A stretch of DNA of 64,000 nucleotides, taken from positions 384,001 through 448,000 of the forward strand of contig CBDFLQ010000006.1 in the NCBI GenBank assembly GCA_965249275.1. Direction: 5' to 3'. Shown one piece after another: positions 19,516 through 29,083 of this stretch. This DNA is from Dehalococcoidia bacterium (lineage in GTDB: Bacteria > Chloroflexota > Dehalococcoidia > Plut-88900). The notes under the pieces are model-generated. The model was not told the DNA's origin. It did no database searches and saw only the letters and a program-made list of their open reading frames with translations. How positions within the stretch are numbered: position 1 is the first letter of the stretch; every line of letters begins with the position of its first letter. Position numbers and translations under genes: made by a program.

Positions 19516-20901
19516 CTACCCCCGAAACTCCTCCCGAGGCCCTTTCAGCCGCTCCGACAAATCAGTGTCCCCCATGAACTTCACCAGGTACTGGTGCAAG
19601 TCCTTAGCCACGTCTTCCTTATCCTGTACCAGGTTCCGCTCCTGGCCCGGGTCTGAAGCCAGGTGATATAGCTCCGACTTCCCCGCCTCCGCCGCATACA
19701 TCAGAGACCAATCGTCTGTCGTAACCACTGTGTTGGAGTGGACTTTCGCCCTTCGAAGGAAATTGTCCACGTGTCTAACCTGAGCCCCGGGGTTGGCAAA
19801 TGGTTTGCCGCTGATCACAAACTCCCGACCCGGTAGCGACAAATCGTGCATCCTGTGTAGCAACGAGTCCCCCTCCACGTGCTCAGGAACCGGCTGGTCC
19901 AGTATCTGCATCACCGTCGGCATAACGTCAACCGCTGCCGTTAACTTGTCATACATCCCCGCCTTCAATCCGGGAACGTACATCAACAGCGGTATGCGTA
20001 TGATCTCCTCATATAGCGGATCGTGGCCCCAGCCCGCATCTGCCTGCATCCACCCGGCCGCCGCCGATCCATCCTCCGTCGTATAAACCGACTTCCCAAA
20101 GTGCCCCCCGTGTTCCCCAAACAGAAATCCGTGATCTGTGGTGAAGATGATCGCCGTATTGTCCATCAATCCCATATTCTCGACACACCTCATCAGGTAA
20201 CCGATCCACGTATCTACCATCGTCACCTCGCCACAATAGGTGGCGTGTGCCTTCTTGACCTTGGCCTCCGTGAATCCGGGCACGTCCTGCCAGCGGTTAT
20301 ACGGCGGTTCGATGATCTCACCATCGTAGTCGGGCATATAGAGCTCGGTATAGTAGTTGGGCGCGTCCCAGGGTTCGTGAGGGTCCCACGTGTCGATATA
20401 GAGGAAAAAGTTCTCCTTGTAGTGTCGCTGCAGCCATTGCATCGCCCAGGTAAACGTCTGTGGCGCAGCATGGTCCGCCTCCGACCTCCATCCCGCCCTT
20501 AAGTCATGCGACTCTATCTTGAACTTCCCCGGAATTAGCGAAGCGTCCTGGCTCGGATTGAAGTAAAAACCCTGAAACCCTCGGTCGAAATTCATCCCGT
20601 CTCGGATGTAATACGGCGTATCAACCACCGCGGCCGTCACATATCCGCGCTCGGACAGAATGTCCGCCAACGTGATCGACTCCGAAGGAAGGGGCTCCCA
20701 CCCCATGAACGACATCGTCCACTTACCCGTATGATGGTCCGCCCGAGCCGGCACCGTCGGAAACGACGAGACAAAGTGCCTGTCGAACCGCACTGACTGG
20801 GCGGCAAGAGAATCTAGTGCCGGAGTCTTGATCCAATCGTTCCCGTAGGCCCCCATCCGGTCCCACCTGAAAGTATCGGCAACTATCCAGATTACGTTCA
20901 T
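19516..20901 (-). CDS. Sulfatase-like hydrolase (alkaline phosphatase superfamily)
   Basis: IVADT.R.D, TP.LD.LA, TVPAR, DPHEPW, TTDHG and ELY.L..DP.Q..N motifs. Confidence 0.88.
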   Translation of the reverse strand: MNVIWIVADTFRWDRMGAYGNDWIKTPALDSLAAQSVRFDRHFVSSFPTVPARADHHTGKWTMSFMGWEPLPSESITLADILSERGYVTAAVVDTPYYIRDGMNFDRGFQGFYFNPSQDASLIPGKFKIESHDLRAGWRSEADHAAPQTFTWAMQWLQRHYKENFFLYIDTWDPHEPWDAPNYYTELYMPDYDGEIIEPPYNRWQDVPGFTEAKVKKAHATYCGEVTMVDTWIGYLMRCVENMGLMDNTAIIFTTDHGFLFGEHGGHFGKSVYTTEDGSAAAGWMQADAGWGHDPLYEEIIRIPLLMYVPGLKAGMYDKLTAAVDVMPTVMQILDQPVPEHVEGDSLLHRMHDLSLPGREFVISGKPFANPGAQVRHVDNFLRRAKVHSNTVVTTDDWSLMYAAEAGKSELYHLASDPGQERNLVQDKEDVAKDLHQYLVKFMGDTDLSERLKGPREEFRG

Positions 20902-21168
20902 AACGTCGGTCCTTTCTTGGACTCTGGAACGTGGGGTGCGTGGCAGGCTCGGATGCTACTTCAAGCCCTCTTGAGCGTCAAGAGTTGACCCTTCTCGGAT
21001 CTCTATTTAGCCACTCCCGTCACGCCGAAACATCAACGGCATCATCAAACGCCCAGCCGGTCAAAGAACGTCTCTTCGAATAATTGGCTCAGTTCGGAGC
21101 ATCCTGTTATTCGAATAGAGCGGCAGACTTCTGTCGTCGTTCCCCTTTGAATTGCCGGTAACAGACGT

Positions 21169-21909
21169 TTACTTGGCCATCCCCATCACTGTGAGGGCCA
21201 TTTCCTTCCCGCCTATCGAGTATGGCGAAACCACACTGTTCTCTCCTGCCCGACGCAGCTTTTCCTCCGCCTCAGGTCTGGAAGCCCTGGCCACGACATG
21301 CAGACCGGGATTCAACCCCCGAGCCGTCAGTGTTATGTATACGTTTTCACCGTCATCTCCCGTTGCGGCTATCAGGCCGACTGCCTTATCTATCTGCGCC
21401 GATATTAGATCAGCGTCTCTTGTGGCGTCGCCCTGCAGAGACAACAGCCCAAGCTCTTCGGCTTCGGCCAATGCCTCGGCCTCATTGTCTACCACAATTA
21501 CCGGCACCGACTCCCCTTGAAGGGTGGAGGCAACTACCCTGCCGACTCGTCCAAAACCGCATACGATAAAGTGGCCCTTGAGCTTTGCGATTTTTGTCTT
21601 CAATTTGCGCCTCCGGAATAAGCTCCCGACCTCATGCGCGACTGCCAAATTGACCACCGAAGTCAGGACATAGAGCATCACCCCTACACCCGCCACCATC
21701 AGGAATATTGTATAGATGCGGCCGGTTGATGAGAGGGGGTGGACCTCCTCATAACCTACGGTCGTCAAGGTGAGTATGGTTATATAGGCCGCGTCCAGGA
21801 GTGACCACCCCTCAATCACCATGTACCCGGTGATCCCCACCGCCACCACGACTGCCAGCGCAAACACGCCCCTTGCCAGCCGACTCCTGAATAGCCTCAC
21901 TTTTGCCAT
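21169..21909 (-). CDS. Two-TM potassium channel with RCK/TrkA-N domain
   Basis: LTTVGY pore helix/filter, CGFGRVG and GDAT motifs. Confidence 0.88.
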   Translation of the reverse strand: MAKVRLFRSRLARGVFALAVVVAVGITGYMVIEGWSLLDAAYITILTLTTVGYEEVHPLSSTGRIYTIFLMVAGVGVMLYVLTSVVNLAVAHEVGSLFRRRKLKTKIAKLKGHFIVCGFGRVGRVVASTLQGESVPVIVVDNEAEALAEAEELGLLSLQGDATRDADLISAQIDKAVGLIAATGDDGENVYITLTARGLNPGLHVVARASRPEAEEKLRRAGENSVVSPYSIGGKEMALTVMGMAK

Positions 21910-22063
21910 TCACCTCTTACTCGAAAGCTCCCATTTCGAGCCATCGTTACTGCAAATAGTGGGGTCGCTTCAAAATGACTCGTCCATGCCCCGGAGCCCG
22001 AGTCTCACTCCATAGAGACGCGCATTTGCGGCTAAGGCCGCAAGCCCCTCAGCGAACGTGCTC

Positions 22064-23338
22064 TCAAGTCACCCGGATAGGATGCGGAATCGGCTGATTG
22101 AACAGATATCCCCGGTAGTTGAAGGGTGTTTCATCAGGCTGGGTGTTCCCCGCCGAGTCCGTGGCCCGCGTCATTATCGTGTGTCGTCCTGGAGTCGCCT
22201 CCCATGTAAACTCGAAACGAGCCCATGAGTACTGCACTTGCGGCCCGGTTATTTCCGCGTCCTTCCATGTCCGACCGGAGTCCTCGCTCCATTCCACTTT
22301 CACGATTGACCCGTAACCCGAATGCGCATAGCCATATATCTGGTGCGGGCCCGTAGACATCTCTGCGGGCCATGAAAGAGCGAGGGCACTCTTAACCACC
22401 TGGGTCGTTATTACCTCTCCCTCTGCCTCCCCCTCCGGCACATATTCATCACCAATAAGCACGTAGTGAGTAGTGTTATTACGTGTCCAGATCGGCTCGG
22501 AAGACACTACTATCTGACCCAGCCATTTGATGGACGACGTCCCTGCCCAGCCCGGCACTATGGCTCGCAGGGGAAAGCCGTGGTCCTGTGGCAGCATCTC
22601 TCCGTTCATCCCGTAGGCCAGCAGTGTGTCGGGATGCATCGCCTTATCTATGGGTAGCGCTCGTCGGTAACCTTCCTCCGGCGCATCAACGTCCATCCCG
22701 ACCAATAGCACACTCTGTGCCTCTTCCTTGATCCCCGCTTCCCTTAAGACGTCCCTTAGCGACACCCCTATCCACTCTGCGTTCCCCACCCCTCCCCTGC
22801 CCCACTGTGTACCTATAGTCGCCTCCCCTTTTACCAGGTCGAACATCAGCCGTTGATTGCCCGCACACTCCACGAAGGAGACCACAGTCCTGGAAGGCAT
22901 ATTCAGAATCTGGTCGTAAGCCAGTTCCAGCGGAGAAGATACGGCGTCCCCTCCTATGCTGAGGTTCCAACCCGTCGAGTCTACTGCCACGCTGCTGGAG
23001 TTGTTGCGCACGAAAAAGAAGCGGTTCGGCGTAATCAATCCCTGGATGTTTTCCAGGCGACCCTCTAGGCTGCCTTCGTGCTTGATGAACGGGTCCGCGT
23101 CCTTGAACCACGCCGCCGACGCCATAGTTCCCAAGTCTGGCGTGGCGGTGAAAATCGAGGTTGGGGATGGCCCCCCTGAGCAAGCCGCCACCACCGCTGC
23201 CGCACCTCCTGCGGCCAGCAGTTGCAGAAAGCGTCGCCTGCCTATGCCATGAGCGCTGGCCTGCCGCCAGAGCCGGTCTTCCTCTGACGCCCTCGTGTAC
23301 CTTGGGACACTTGTACAGTCAACCTCTGATGGGTCCAT
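22064..23338 (-). CDS. Sulfite oxidase-family molybdoenzyme with Tat/lipoprotein-like signal
   Basis: GRRRFLQ...VAAC, FFVRN, ECAGN, L.Y.MNG..L...HGFPLR, SIKWL and RATD motifs. Confidence 0.9.
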   Translation of the reverse strand: MDPSEVDCTSVPRYTRASEEDRLWRQASAHGIGRRRFLQLLAAGGAAAVVAACSGGPSPTSIFTATPDLGTMASAAWFKDADPFIKHEGSLEGRLENIQGLITPNRFFFVRNNSSSVAVDSTGWNLSIGGDAVSSPLELAYDQILNMPSRTVVSFVECAGNQRLMFDLVKGEATIGTQWGRGGVGNAEWIGVSLRDVLREAGIKEEAQSVLLVGMDVDAPEEGYRRALPIDKAMHPDTLLAYGMNGEMLPQDHGFPLRAIVPGWAGTSSIKWLGQIVVSSEPIWTRNNTTHYVLIGDEYVPEGEAEGEVITTQVVKSALALSWPAEMSTGPHQIYGYAHSGYGSIVKVEWSEDSGRTWKDAEITGPQVQYSWARFEFTWEATPGRHTIMTRATDSAGNTQPDETPFNYRGYLFNQPIPHPIRVT

Positions 23339-23532
23339 ATCTCTACCCCATTGCCTGCGTAACAAGTGAATAGCCTGAACAGATTCTTGGGACGGCGCAC
23401 CCTAACGGTATCATCTTCTCCGTACTGATTAAAGTCCCGAATGCCCAGCGCAGAGCAGCCCCGCATACACTATAATATCTCAGCCCCGATCCCCTACTGA
23501 TAGAAATTACCCCTAATTAAGGAGCAACCCCA

Positions 23533-23748
23533 ATGGCAGCTGTTTCATGGAGCGAGGTCGCCAAATATTTCGATGACGCCTTTCCCCTCAAGGGCAGGGT
23601 CGAGCGCCGTGATGTCATGGACCTCGCCGATGCAGATCTCGCCTCAGATGACGTCATCGACGCAATAGACGCCATCGGCTCCCGCGTCTTCCCAACCATC
23701 GACGCCGCCAAGTCCTTCCTGGAGTCCCAGGGCTACATATCCAGCTAA
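23533..23748 (+). CDS. Small hypothetical protein
   Basis: AAGGAG RBS, TATAAT upstream, protein-like composition. Confidence 0.7.
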   Translation: MAAVSWSEVAKYFDDAFPLKGRVERRDVMDLADADLASDDVIDAIDAIGSRVFPTIDAAKSFLESQGYISS

Positions 23749-23820
23749 CCTGCCCCGCCATTTGACCCGTCCTTCCACCCGCCGCTAAACTTTGTGGTAG
23801 ATATAGGATGACCTACAGAG

Positions 23821-24189
23821 ATGAATCAACAGGCATTTTCATATAGAGAACAGGGCAAGACCTTCCTCGCTCAGGCTTCCACTGAACTCGCCCAGAGTGA
23901 CATACGACAAGCCTCCGAGAAAGGGTGGGGGGCCGCCGCCCAAATGGCCAAAGCCATTGCTTCAGAGCGCAGCTGGCCCCACAACGACCACAAGGCCCTC
24001 TACCGAGTAGTGGGTCGTTTGGCCGACGAGACCGAGGACCAGAATCTCCGACGCCTGTTTAACATCGCAGGTCAACTCCACACCAACTTCTATGAAGGTT
24101 GGCTCAGCCGTGCCGACGTTGAGCTCCTTCTTGGAGACGTTGATAGGTTTGTTAACCGGGTGGATGCTGTACTCACCAACGGCGGCTAG
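23821..24189 (+). CDS. PaREP1 family (HEPN-like) protein
   Basis: QASEKGWGAAAQ..KA and LHTNFYE motifs. Confidence 0.85.
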   Translation: MNQQAFSYREQGKTFLAQASTELAQSDIRQASEKGWGAAAQMAKAIASERSWPHNDHKALYRVVGRLADETEDQNLRRLFNIAGQLHTNFYEGWLSRADVELLLGDVDRFVNRVDAVLTNGG

Positions 24190-24275
24190 CACCCCCCTCC
24201 TCCTCCACACAACCTGAAGCCCGTAGCGTGCCCCAAATCCGTAGACTCCGGTATTCCGCAGCCCATGAAGCTACC

Positions 24276-24719
24276 TCAAAACAAGCTCAGTAATCCCCAT
24301 GACAATGCCGCAAGAATTCCCGCCGTTGCCACCAGCGGCAACAGGCACCCGTTGCCCGCACTGGCGTAAGCCGGGTGCCTAAACGGCATCGGGTCGAGCC
24401 CCGTAATCTCCTTATACCGAGGGGATCGCTTTTGCCTTAGAGCCTTGAGAGCGGCCTCGAAACTTGCCGCATTGTCCCGTGTGTAGAAAGGGCGAGAGGC
24501 CCAAACCATCTCAGGATTGGCTCCTGCCGTGGATTCGGTCTCACCAGCCTGGTGTTCGCGTATTCGAGCCCTGAGGCGCGCAGTGTGACCAACGTAGTGG
24601 CCATGGTCCGTCTCTAGGACGTAGACAAAGTACCGCCGACCAGGAATTGCCGCATCGCGCGTATCCTGCTCTTCACCAAGCCACTCCGGCTCGTAGTAGC
24701 CCCGTCGTCGTCTCGGCAA
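24276..24719 (-). CDS. GIY-YIG nuclease family protein with C-terminal hydrophobic anchor
   Basis: FVYVL....HYVGHT..L..RI.EH..G and FEAALK motifs; tail GCLLPLVATAGILAALSWGLL. Confidence 0.75.
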   Translation of the reverse strand: MPRRRRGYYEPEWLGEEQDTRDAAIPGRRYFVYVLETDHGHYVGHTARLRARIREHQAGETESTAGANPEMVWASRPFYTRDNAASFEAALKALRQKRSPRYKEITGLDPMPFRHPAYASAGNGCLLPLVATAGILAALSWGLLSLF

Positions 24720-24744
24720 GGCTGTTGTACCGGACGAGCCGGCC

Positions 24745-26784
24745 TTACACGAACAGAGGCCCGAACACCACCGCTACTATCGCCATCAGCTTTAGCAGGA
24801 TGTTCAGCGAGGGACCCGACGTGTCCTTGAACGGGTCACCGACAGTGTCACCGACTACCGCGGCCTTGTGCGCCTCGGAGCCCTTGCCCCCGTGCGCTCC
24901 TTGCTCGATGTACTTCTTCGCGTTGTCCCACGCCCCGCCTGCATTCGCCATCGTGATGGCCAGCATCACCCCGGATGCTATCGATCCGATTAGCAGACCG
25001 CCCAGCGCCTGCGGCCCCAGCACAATCCCGATAATTATCGGCGTAACTACGGCAAGCAGTCCGGGCACGATCATCTCTTTGATCGCTCCGTTCGTGCTGA
25101 TGGCCACAGCCTTCCCATACTCGGGGCGTCCCGTGCCCTCCATAATTCCCGGTATCTCCCGGAACTGCCGTCTCACCTCGTTCACCATCGCATTGGCGGC
25201 TCGGCCCACGGCCTGCAGCGTCAACGCCGAGAACACGAACGGCATCAGGCCCCCGACGAGTAGCCCGATTAGCGTGCTCGAACTGTCCTCCAGTAGGTCG
25301 ATTACCTCGATGTTAACCACCTGGGCGTATGTCACCATCAGCGCTAGCGAGGTGAGCACCGCCGAGCCAATCGCGAATCCTTTGCCCGTAGCAGCAGTTG
25401 TGTTACCTAGCGAGTCCAGAGAGTCAGTCCTCTCTCTGACCTCGGGCGGAAGCCCTGCTTGCTCTGCGATACCTCCCGCGTTGTCGGCAACCGGACCGTA
25501 GGCGTCAGTTGCCAGCGTGATCCCCAACGTCGAAAGCATCCCCACAGCGGCCAGTGCTATCCCGTACACACCTGCTAGCCAGTTCGCCAGCCATATGGCT
25601 ACAACTATCGCCACGATGGGAATGACAGTGCTGAACATCCCCAGCCCGATCCCACCGATTATTACCGTCGCCGGCCCGGTTAACGATTGTTTGGACAATC
25701 CCCTGGTGAACGGGTATTCATAGGAGGTAAAGATCTCGGTAGCCGTGCCGATAACCTGACCCGTTACCAACCCGACCACCACCACCCAGAACAAGTTGAA
25801 GTCCATATCAAGCTGCCAAATTGCCAGCCCGGTCCCTATCAGTACCAGTCCCCCCGATGTGAAGATTCCCGTTCGAAGAGCCCACAGCAGCCTGCCCATC
25901 CCCGCACCCTCCCCGGTCCGCACCAGGAAGGTTCCTATCACCGAGGCAAATATGCCGATAGACGCTACCAGAAGGGGCAATATGAACCCGTTGGAGTCGT
26001 ACCCGCCGGTGTGCCCGACCAGAATGGTTGCCGTCGCCGCCAGGGATAGTGTCGCTATAAGAGAACCGACGTAGGACTCGAACAGATCTGCGCCCATCCC
26101 CGCCACGTCACCCACGTTGTCACCCACGTTGTCGGCTATGGTCGCCGGGTTCCGAGGGTCGTCCTCCGGAATTCCCGCTTCAACCTTGCCCACCAGGTCG
26201 GCCCCGACGTCCGCCGCCTTGGTGTAAATGCCTCCGCCTACCCGGGCGAACAGTGCCACCGACGAAGCTCCGAAGCCAAATCCGGCCACAATGAATGGGT
26301 CCTTGAACACCCAGTACAGTGCCGTGACTCCAATAAGCCCGATCCCGACCACCGTGACTCCCATCACCGCCCCGCCGGAGAACGCCACGCGCAGCGCAGG
26401 GCCTAGTCCCACTTGAGCCTTTGCCGTGGTCCTGGTATTAGTCCGGACCGCCACGCTCATCCCGATATATCCCGCCAGCCCCGAGGCCACCGCCCCTGCC
26501 ATGTAGGAAATTGCCGTCGCTGGCAGTGACCGGGCGTCGCCGGGGATCCGGTCCAGAACGTCGGCGTCAATGAATATCCACAGCACCGCGAAGATGATCA
26601 GGGCAAAAGCCCCAAGGACGGCGTACTCCCTCTTGAGGAAGGCCATGGCCCCCTCCTGTATCGCCTTCCCGATCTCCCGCATCAACTCGTTGCCCTCGTC
26701 CTGTCTGAGTATGTAAATGACCAGGGCGATGGCAAAGACCAGCGCGGTCGCACCTGCGGCGAAGCTGATGATGAATGAGGTCAT
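24745..26784 (-). CDS. hppA: Membrane-bound cation-translocating pyrophosphatase (K+-dependent type)
   Basis: DVGADLVGKVEAGIPEDDPRNP, DNVGDNVGD, GNTTAA and GDTVGDPFKDTSGP motifs. Confidence 0.97.
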   Translation of the reverse strand: MTSFIISFAAGATALVFAIALVIYILRQDEGNELMREIGKAIQEGAMAFLKREYAVLGAFALIIFAVLWIFIDADVLDRIPGDARSLPATAISYMAGAVASGLAGYIGMSVAVRTNTRTTAKAQVGLGPALRVAFSGGAVMGVTVVGIGLIGVTALYWVFKDPFIVAGFGFGASSVALFARVGGGIYTKAADVGADLVGKVEAGIPEDDPRNPATIADNVGDNVGDVAGMGADLFESYVGSLIATLSLAATATILVGHTGGYDSNGFILPLLVASIGIFASVIGTFLVRTGEGAGMGRLLWALRTGIFTSGGLVLIGTGLAIWQLDMDFNLFWVVVVGLVTGQVIGTATEIFTSYEYPFTRGLSKQSLTGPATVIIGGIGLGMFSTVIPIVAIVVAIWLANWLAGVYGIALAAVGMLSTLGITLATDAYGPVADNAGGIAEQAGLPPEVRERTDSLDSLGNTTAATGKGFAIGSAVLTSLALMVTYAQVVNIEVIDLLEDSSSTLIGLLVGGLMPFVFSALTLQAVGRAANAMVNEVRRQFREIPGIMEGTGRPEYGKAVAISTNGAIKEMIVPGLLAVVTPIIIGIVLGPQALGGLLIGSIASGVMLAITMANAGGAWDNAKKYIEQGAHGGKGSEAHKAAVVGDTVGDPFKDTSGPSLNILLKLMAIVAVVFGPLFV

Positions 26785-26877
26785 AAGAGGAGGTCTCCTG
26801 ACTGGAATTGATAGTAGAGTCTAGACACCTTTCGGAGAGGGATTCTATCGGCACCCGACCCCAAGCGTCAAGAAGCC

Positions 26878-27050
26878 CCACCCCCCTGAGCCGGAATCCA
26901 TCCCCGGAGGGGCCGCTCATCCTGAGCACCGTCGAAGGGTCGAGCGGGGGGGCGGCCCAGTACCGCCAATCCGTCACGGTTATCCTGACTCCCAAGCGAG
27001 GCCCTTTCTCCCCCGTCATTCCGAGGCCCCGCGAGGAATCTAGGATTTGC
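26878..27050 (+). repeat. REP cluster
   Basis: CCGCTCATCCTGAGCACCGTCGAAGGGTCGAGCGG and GTCATTCCGAGGCCCCGCGAGGAATCT. Confidence 0.85.
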
Positions 27051-27097
27051 CCTCTCGCCCTTCTCTCCGTAAGTCCCCCCTTCCCTATTGAACAAAG

Positions 27098-27241
27098 AAA
27101 CAGGGCGGGTGGGCGGGACTCAACTTATCCCGGCAGGGTCGGGAGGGGCGTCCCCTCCTGCGTGAAAGGGGATGGGGCCGTAGGCTCGCCGAGGCAAGTG
27201 ACATGTACCCCTTGACTGATATAGTTCACATGTTCTATATT
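27098..27241 (+). promoter_or_regulatory. Dispersed conserved element ending in a sigma70-like promoter (copy A)
   Basis: AAACAGGGCGGGTGG.CGGGACTCAACTTATCCCGG...CTCGCCGAGGC..GTGAC, then TTGACT(27212)-18 bp-TATATT(27236). Confidence 0.65.
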
Positions 27242-27296
27242 TATGCCCGTACTGCCGATATTCAGGATATGCCCCACACACGAAAGGATTGCCGAT

Positions 27297-27650
27297 ATGA
27301 ACCCTTCTTCCCAAACCCAGGACCCCTTCTATGCCTCCAGGATGACCCGCGCCGACAAAAAGAGGTTGGCCGACGCTCAGGTTGTCCGCGGCCTCGACTC
27401 CGAGGTCGCCCTCCTCCGCCTCAAGCTCGGCAACCTCGTCGACAATGACCCCGACAACATACCCCTAATATTCAAAGGCGCCGACCTCATCGTGCGCGCC
27501 GTCGCCGCCAAGACCCGCGTCTCCAAGGACTCCCCCGAAGACGCCGATCAGGCCATCTTCAACGCGCTCAAGGAGGCCGCCGACACCCTCGGACTCGATA
27601 GAATCCCCTGGAACTGCGAATGCGGCCCCGAATGCCACTCCCAATCCTAG
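27297..27650 (+). CDS. Hypothetical protein, Dehalococcoidia-type (FY...GLD.E.ALLR.K family, possibly terminase-small-subunit related)
   Basis: AAAGGA RBS. The motif resemblance is recalled, not searched. Confidence 0.6.
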   Translation: MNPSSQTQDPFYASRMTRADKKRLADAQVVRGLDSEVALLRLKLGNLVDNDPDNIPLIFKGADLIVRAVAAKTRVSKDSPEDADQAIFNALKEAADTLGLDRIPWNCECGPECHSQS

Positions 27651-27831
27651 CCCCCCCGAGGGGAGCCTGTCCGCCAAAGGCGGATCATTCCCGCCCCCGA
27701 TCGGGAATCCATCCCGCTGGGTGGGGCGGTCCTACCCCCTCTCCCTTGATGGGAGAGGGCTGGGGTGAGGGTGATCCCCTCCCCCGGCGCGGGGCCGCTC
27801 ACCCTTGCCAACCTCCTTCAACTTCCTGCAA

Positions 27832-28047
27832 TTAGCCCGCCTTCATGCTGTGAAGCGGCAACGCCGTGGTTTCCAGAGTGGAAAGGTCCAGCCGTCGGGA
27901 CGCATGGTCTATGTCGAACCCCACCACCCCGCCCCTCCCATCTAGATCCACGTTAAGCCCTTCCGCTACCTCCACCGTCTCCACCCCCGGCCCCGACTTG
28001 AACTCCAGGTATAGGCTATCCGTCTCCGGGTAGTAATGAAGCTTCAT
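27832..28047 (-). CDS. DUF2283 family antitoxin-like protein
   Basis: Y..ETDSLY..F...VD.D..G.VVG.DI motif. Confidence 0.85.
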   Translation of the reverse strand: MKLHYYPETDSLYLEFKSGPGVETVEVAEGLNVDLDGRGGVVGFDIDHASRRLDLSTLETTALPLHSMKAG

Positions 28048-28102
28048 GCCCGCTCCTCCTTGCGAAAGCGTCTGTCAAAGAAAGCGTTGTGAACGGTCTC
28101 GC
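28044..28102 (-). pseudogene. 3' remnant of the cognate toxin gene of the DUF2283 protein
   Basis: Minus strand reads ETVHNAFFDRRFRKEERA*, overlapping the DUF2283 ATG (ATGA). No 5' part is present. Confidence 0.55.
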
Positions 28103-28167
28103 CACCCCACCCCCGACCTCCCCCGCAATGCCGAGTCCCCCCTTTCCTCATCTAGGTGTGGCTATTC

Positions 28168-28695
28168 CTACTTAGATTGTGCCTGCCCCATTGTCCGGCA
28201 CACATCTTGAAACTTTTTGACAATTGTCAGATTCCATAACTTGCCAGGTGGCGGAATCCCAATTATGGTCGACGTTCCGTATTTAGCGTTCTCTCTAATG
28301 TAGTGGGGCACCCTACATACAAACTCATTACCCCATTTTTCAATCACTAGACACCGTCTATTCAATAGCTTTTTGATGCTTTTGGAAGGAACCTTTTCCA
28401 TGAGAACGCGGGTGTCTTTCACTTCGGGCATCCGTACATAATCTGAAGGCAAAGGATGTCTGTTGTCTACAATCTTTCTTATTGCTGTTGGACCTTCTAT
28501 TGCACTGGCAGGACTATGCGAAATGAATAAAGCAGGCATTATTTGAGTGGATGCATCAGAATATGACCGCTCAAACAAAGAGCTCTTGGTATCTGGAAAC
28601 GCGAAATACAGATGGTCTAATGAACCCAATTCCACTTCCAACGCATTGATCATGCTGTGTGCCCGTTCTATTTCTCGTCGGGCTTCAGCTTTCAT
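28168..28695 (-). CDS. Hypothetical protein (AT-rich, foreign composition)
   Basis: 175-aa ORF with no recognisable motif. Confidence 0.6.
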   Translation of the reverse strand: MKAEARREIERAHSMINALEVELGSLDHLYFAFPDTKSSLFERSYSDASTQIMPALFISHSPASAIEGPTAIRKIVDNRHPLPSDYVRMPEVKDTRVLMEKVPSKSIKKLLNRRCLVIEKWGNEFVCRVPHYIRENAKYGTSTIIGIPPPGKLWNLTIVKKFQDVCRTMGQAQSK

Positions 28696-28792
28696 AGACC
28701 ACTATCTTTCTTCTTAACCCCCCACCCCCGACCCCCTGACCATTCCGAGGCCCCGCGAAGAAGCTATGGCATTGCTCTAACTCGCAAGGCAT

Positions 28793-29074
28793 CTAATTTG
28801 ACAACTGAATAGCGGCTGCCGCACCGACAATCTGAAATGCAAATCCAATCACAACTATAGCCACGCCCAACTGGGCCCAGAATCGCCTGCGACCGAAAAC
28901 ATCTTTGTTTAACTCTCCGCCATGGAAATACAAAACACCATCCTTCTGCTTTGGGGGGAGTTTTGCTCCAGCCCACAGGAATAGACTGTGACCATACTTG
29001 ATCACAAGCAGAAACCCTGCGATATCGAGCCCTAATCCCAAGACCGTGGCCCATACAAGAATCTCCCACGGCAT
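28793..29074 (-). CDS. Small two-TM hypothetical protein
   Basis: GL.LDI.GF and G....VIGF.FQI.G hydrophobic segments; 9 bp after the MTase stop. Confidence 0.65.
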   Translation of the reverse strand: MPWEILVWATVLGLGLDIAGFLLVIKYGHSLFLWAGAKLPPKQKDGVLYFHGGELNKDVFGRRRFWAQLGVAIVVIGFAFQIVGAAAAIQLSN

Positions 29075-29083
29075 GTTGCCCCC

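Noticed and set aside
20940-21150. Possible gene remnant between the sulfatase and K+ channel genes
   Set aside because: No recognisable motif in any frame, so it cannot be supported.
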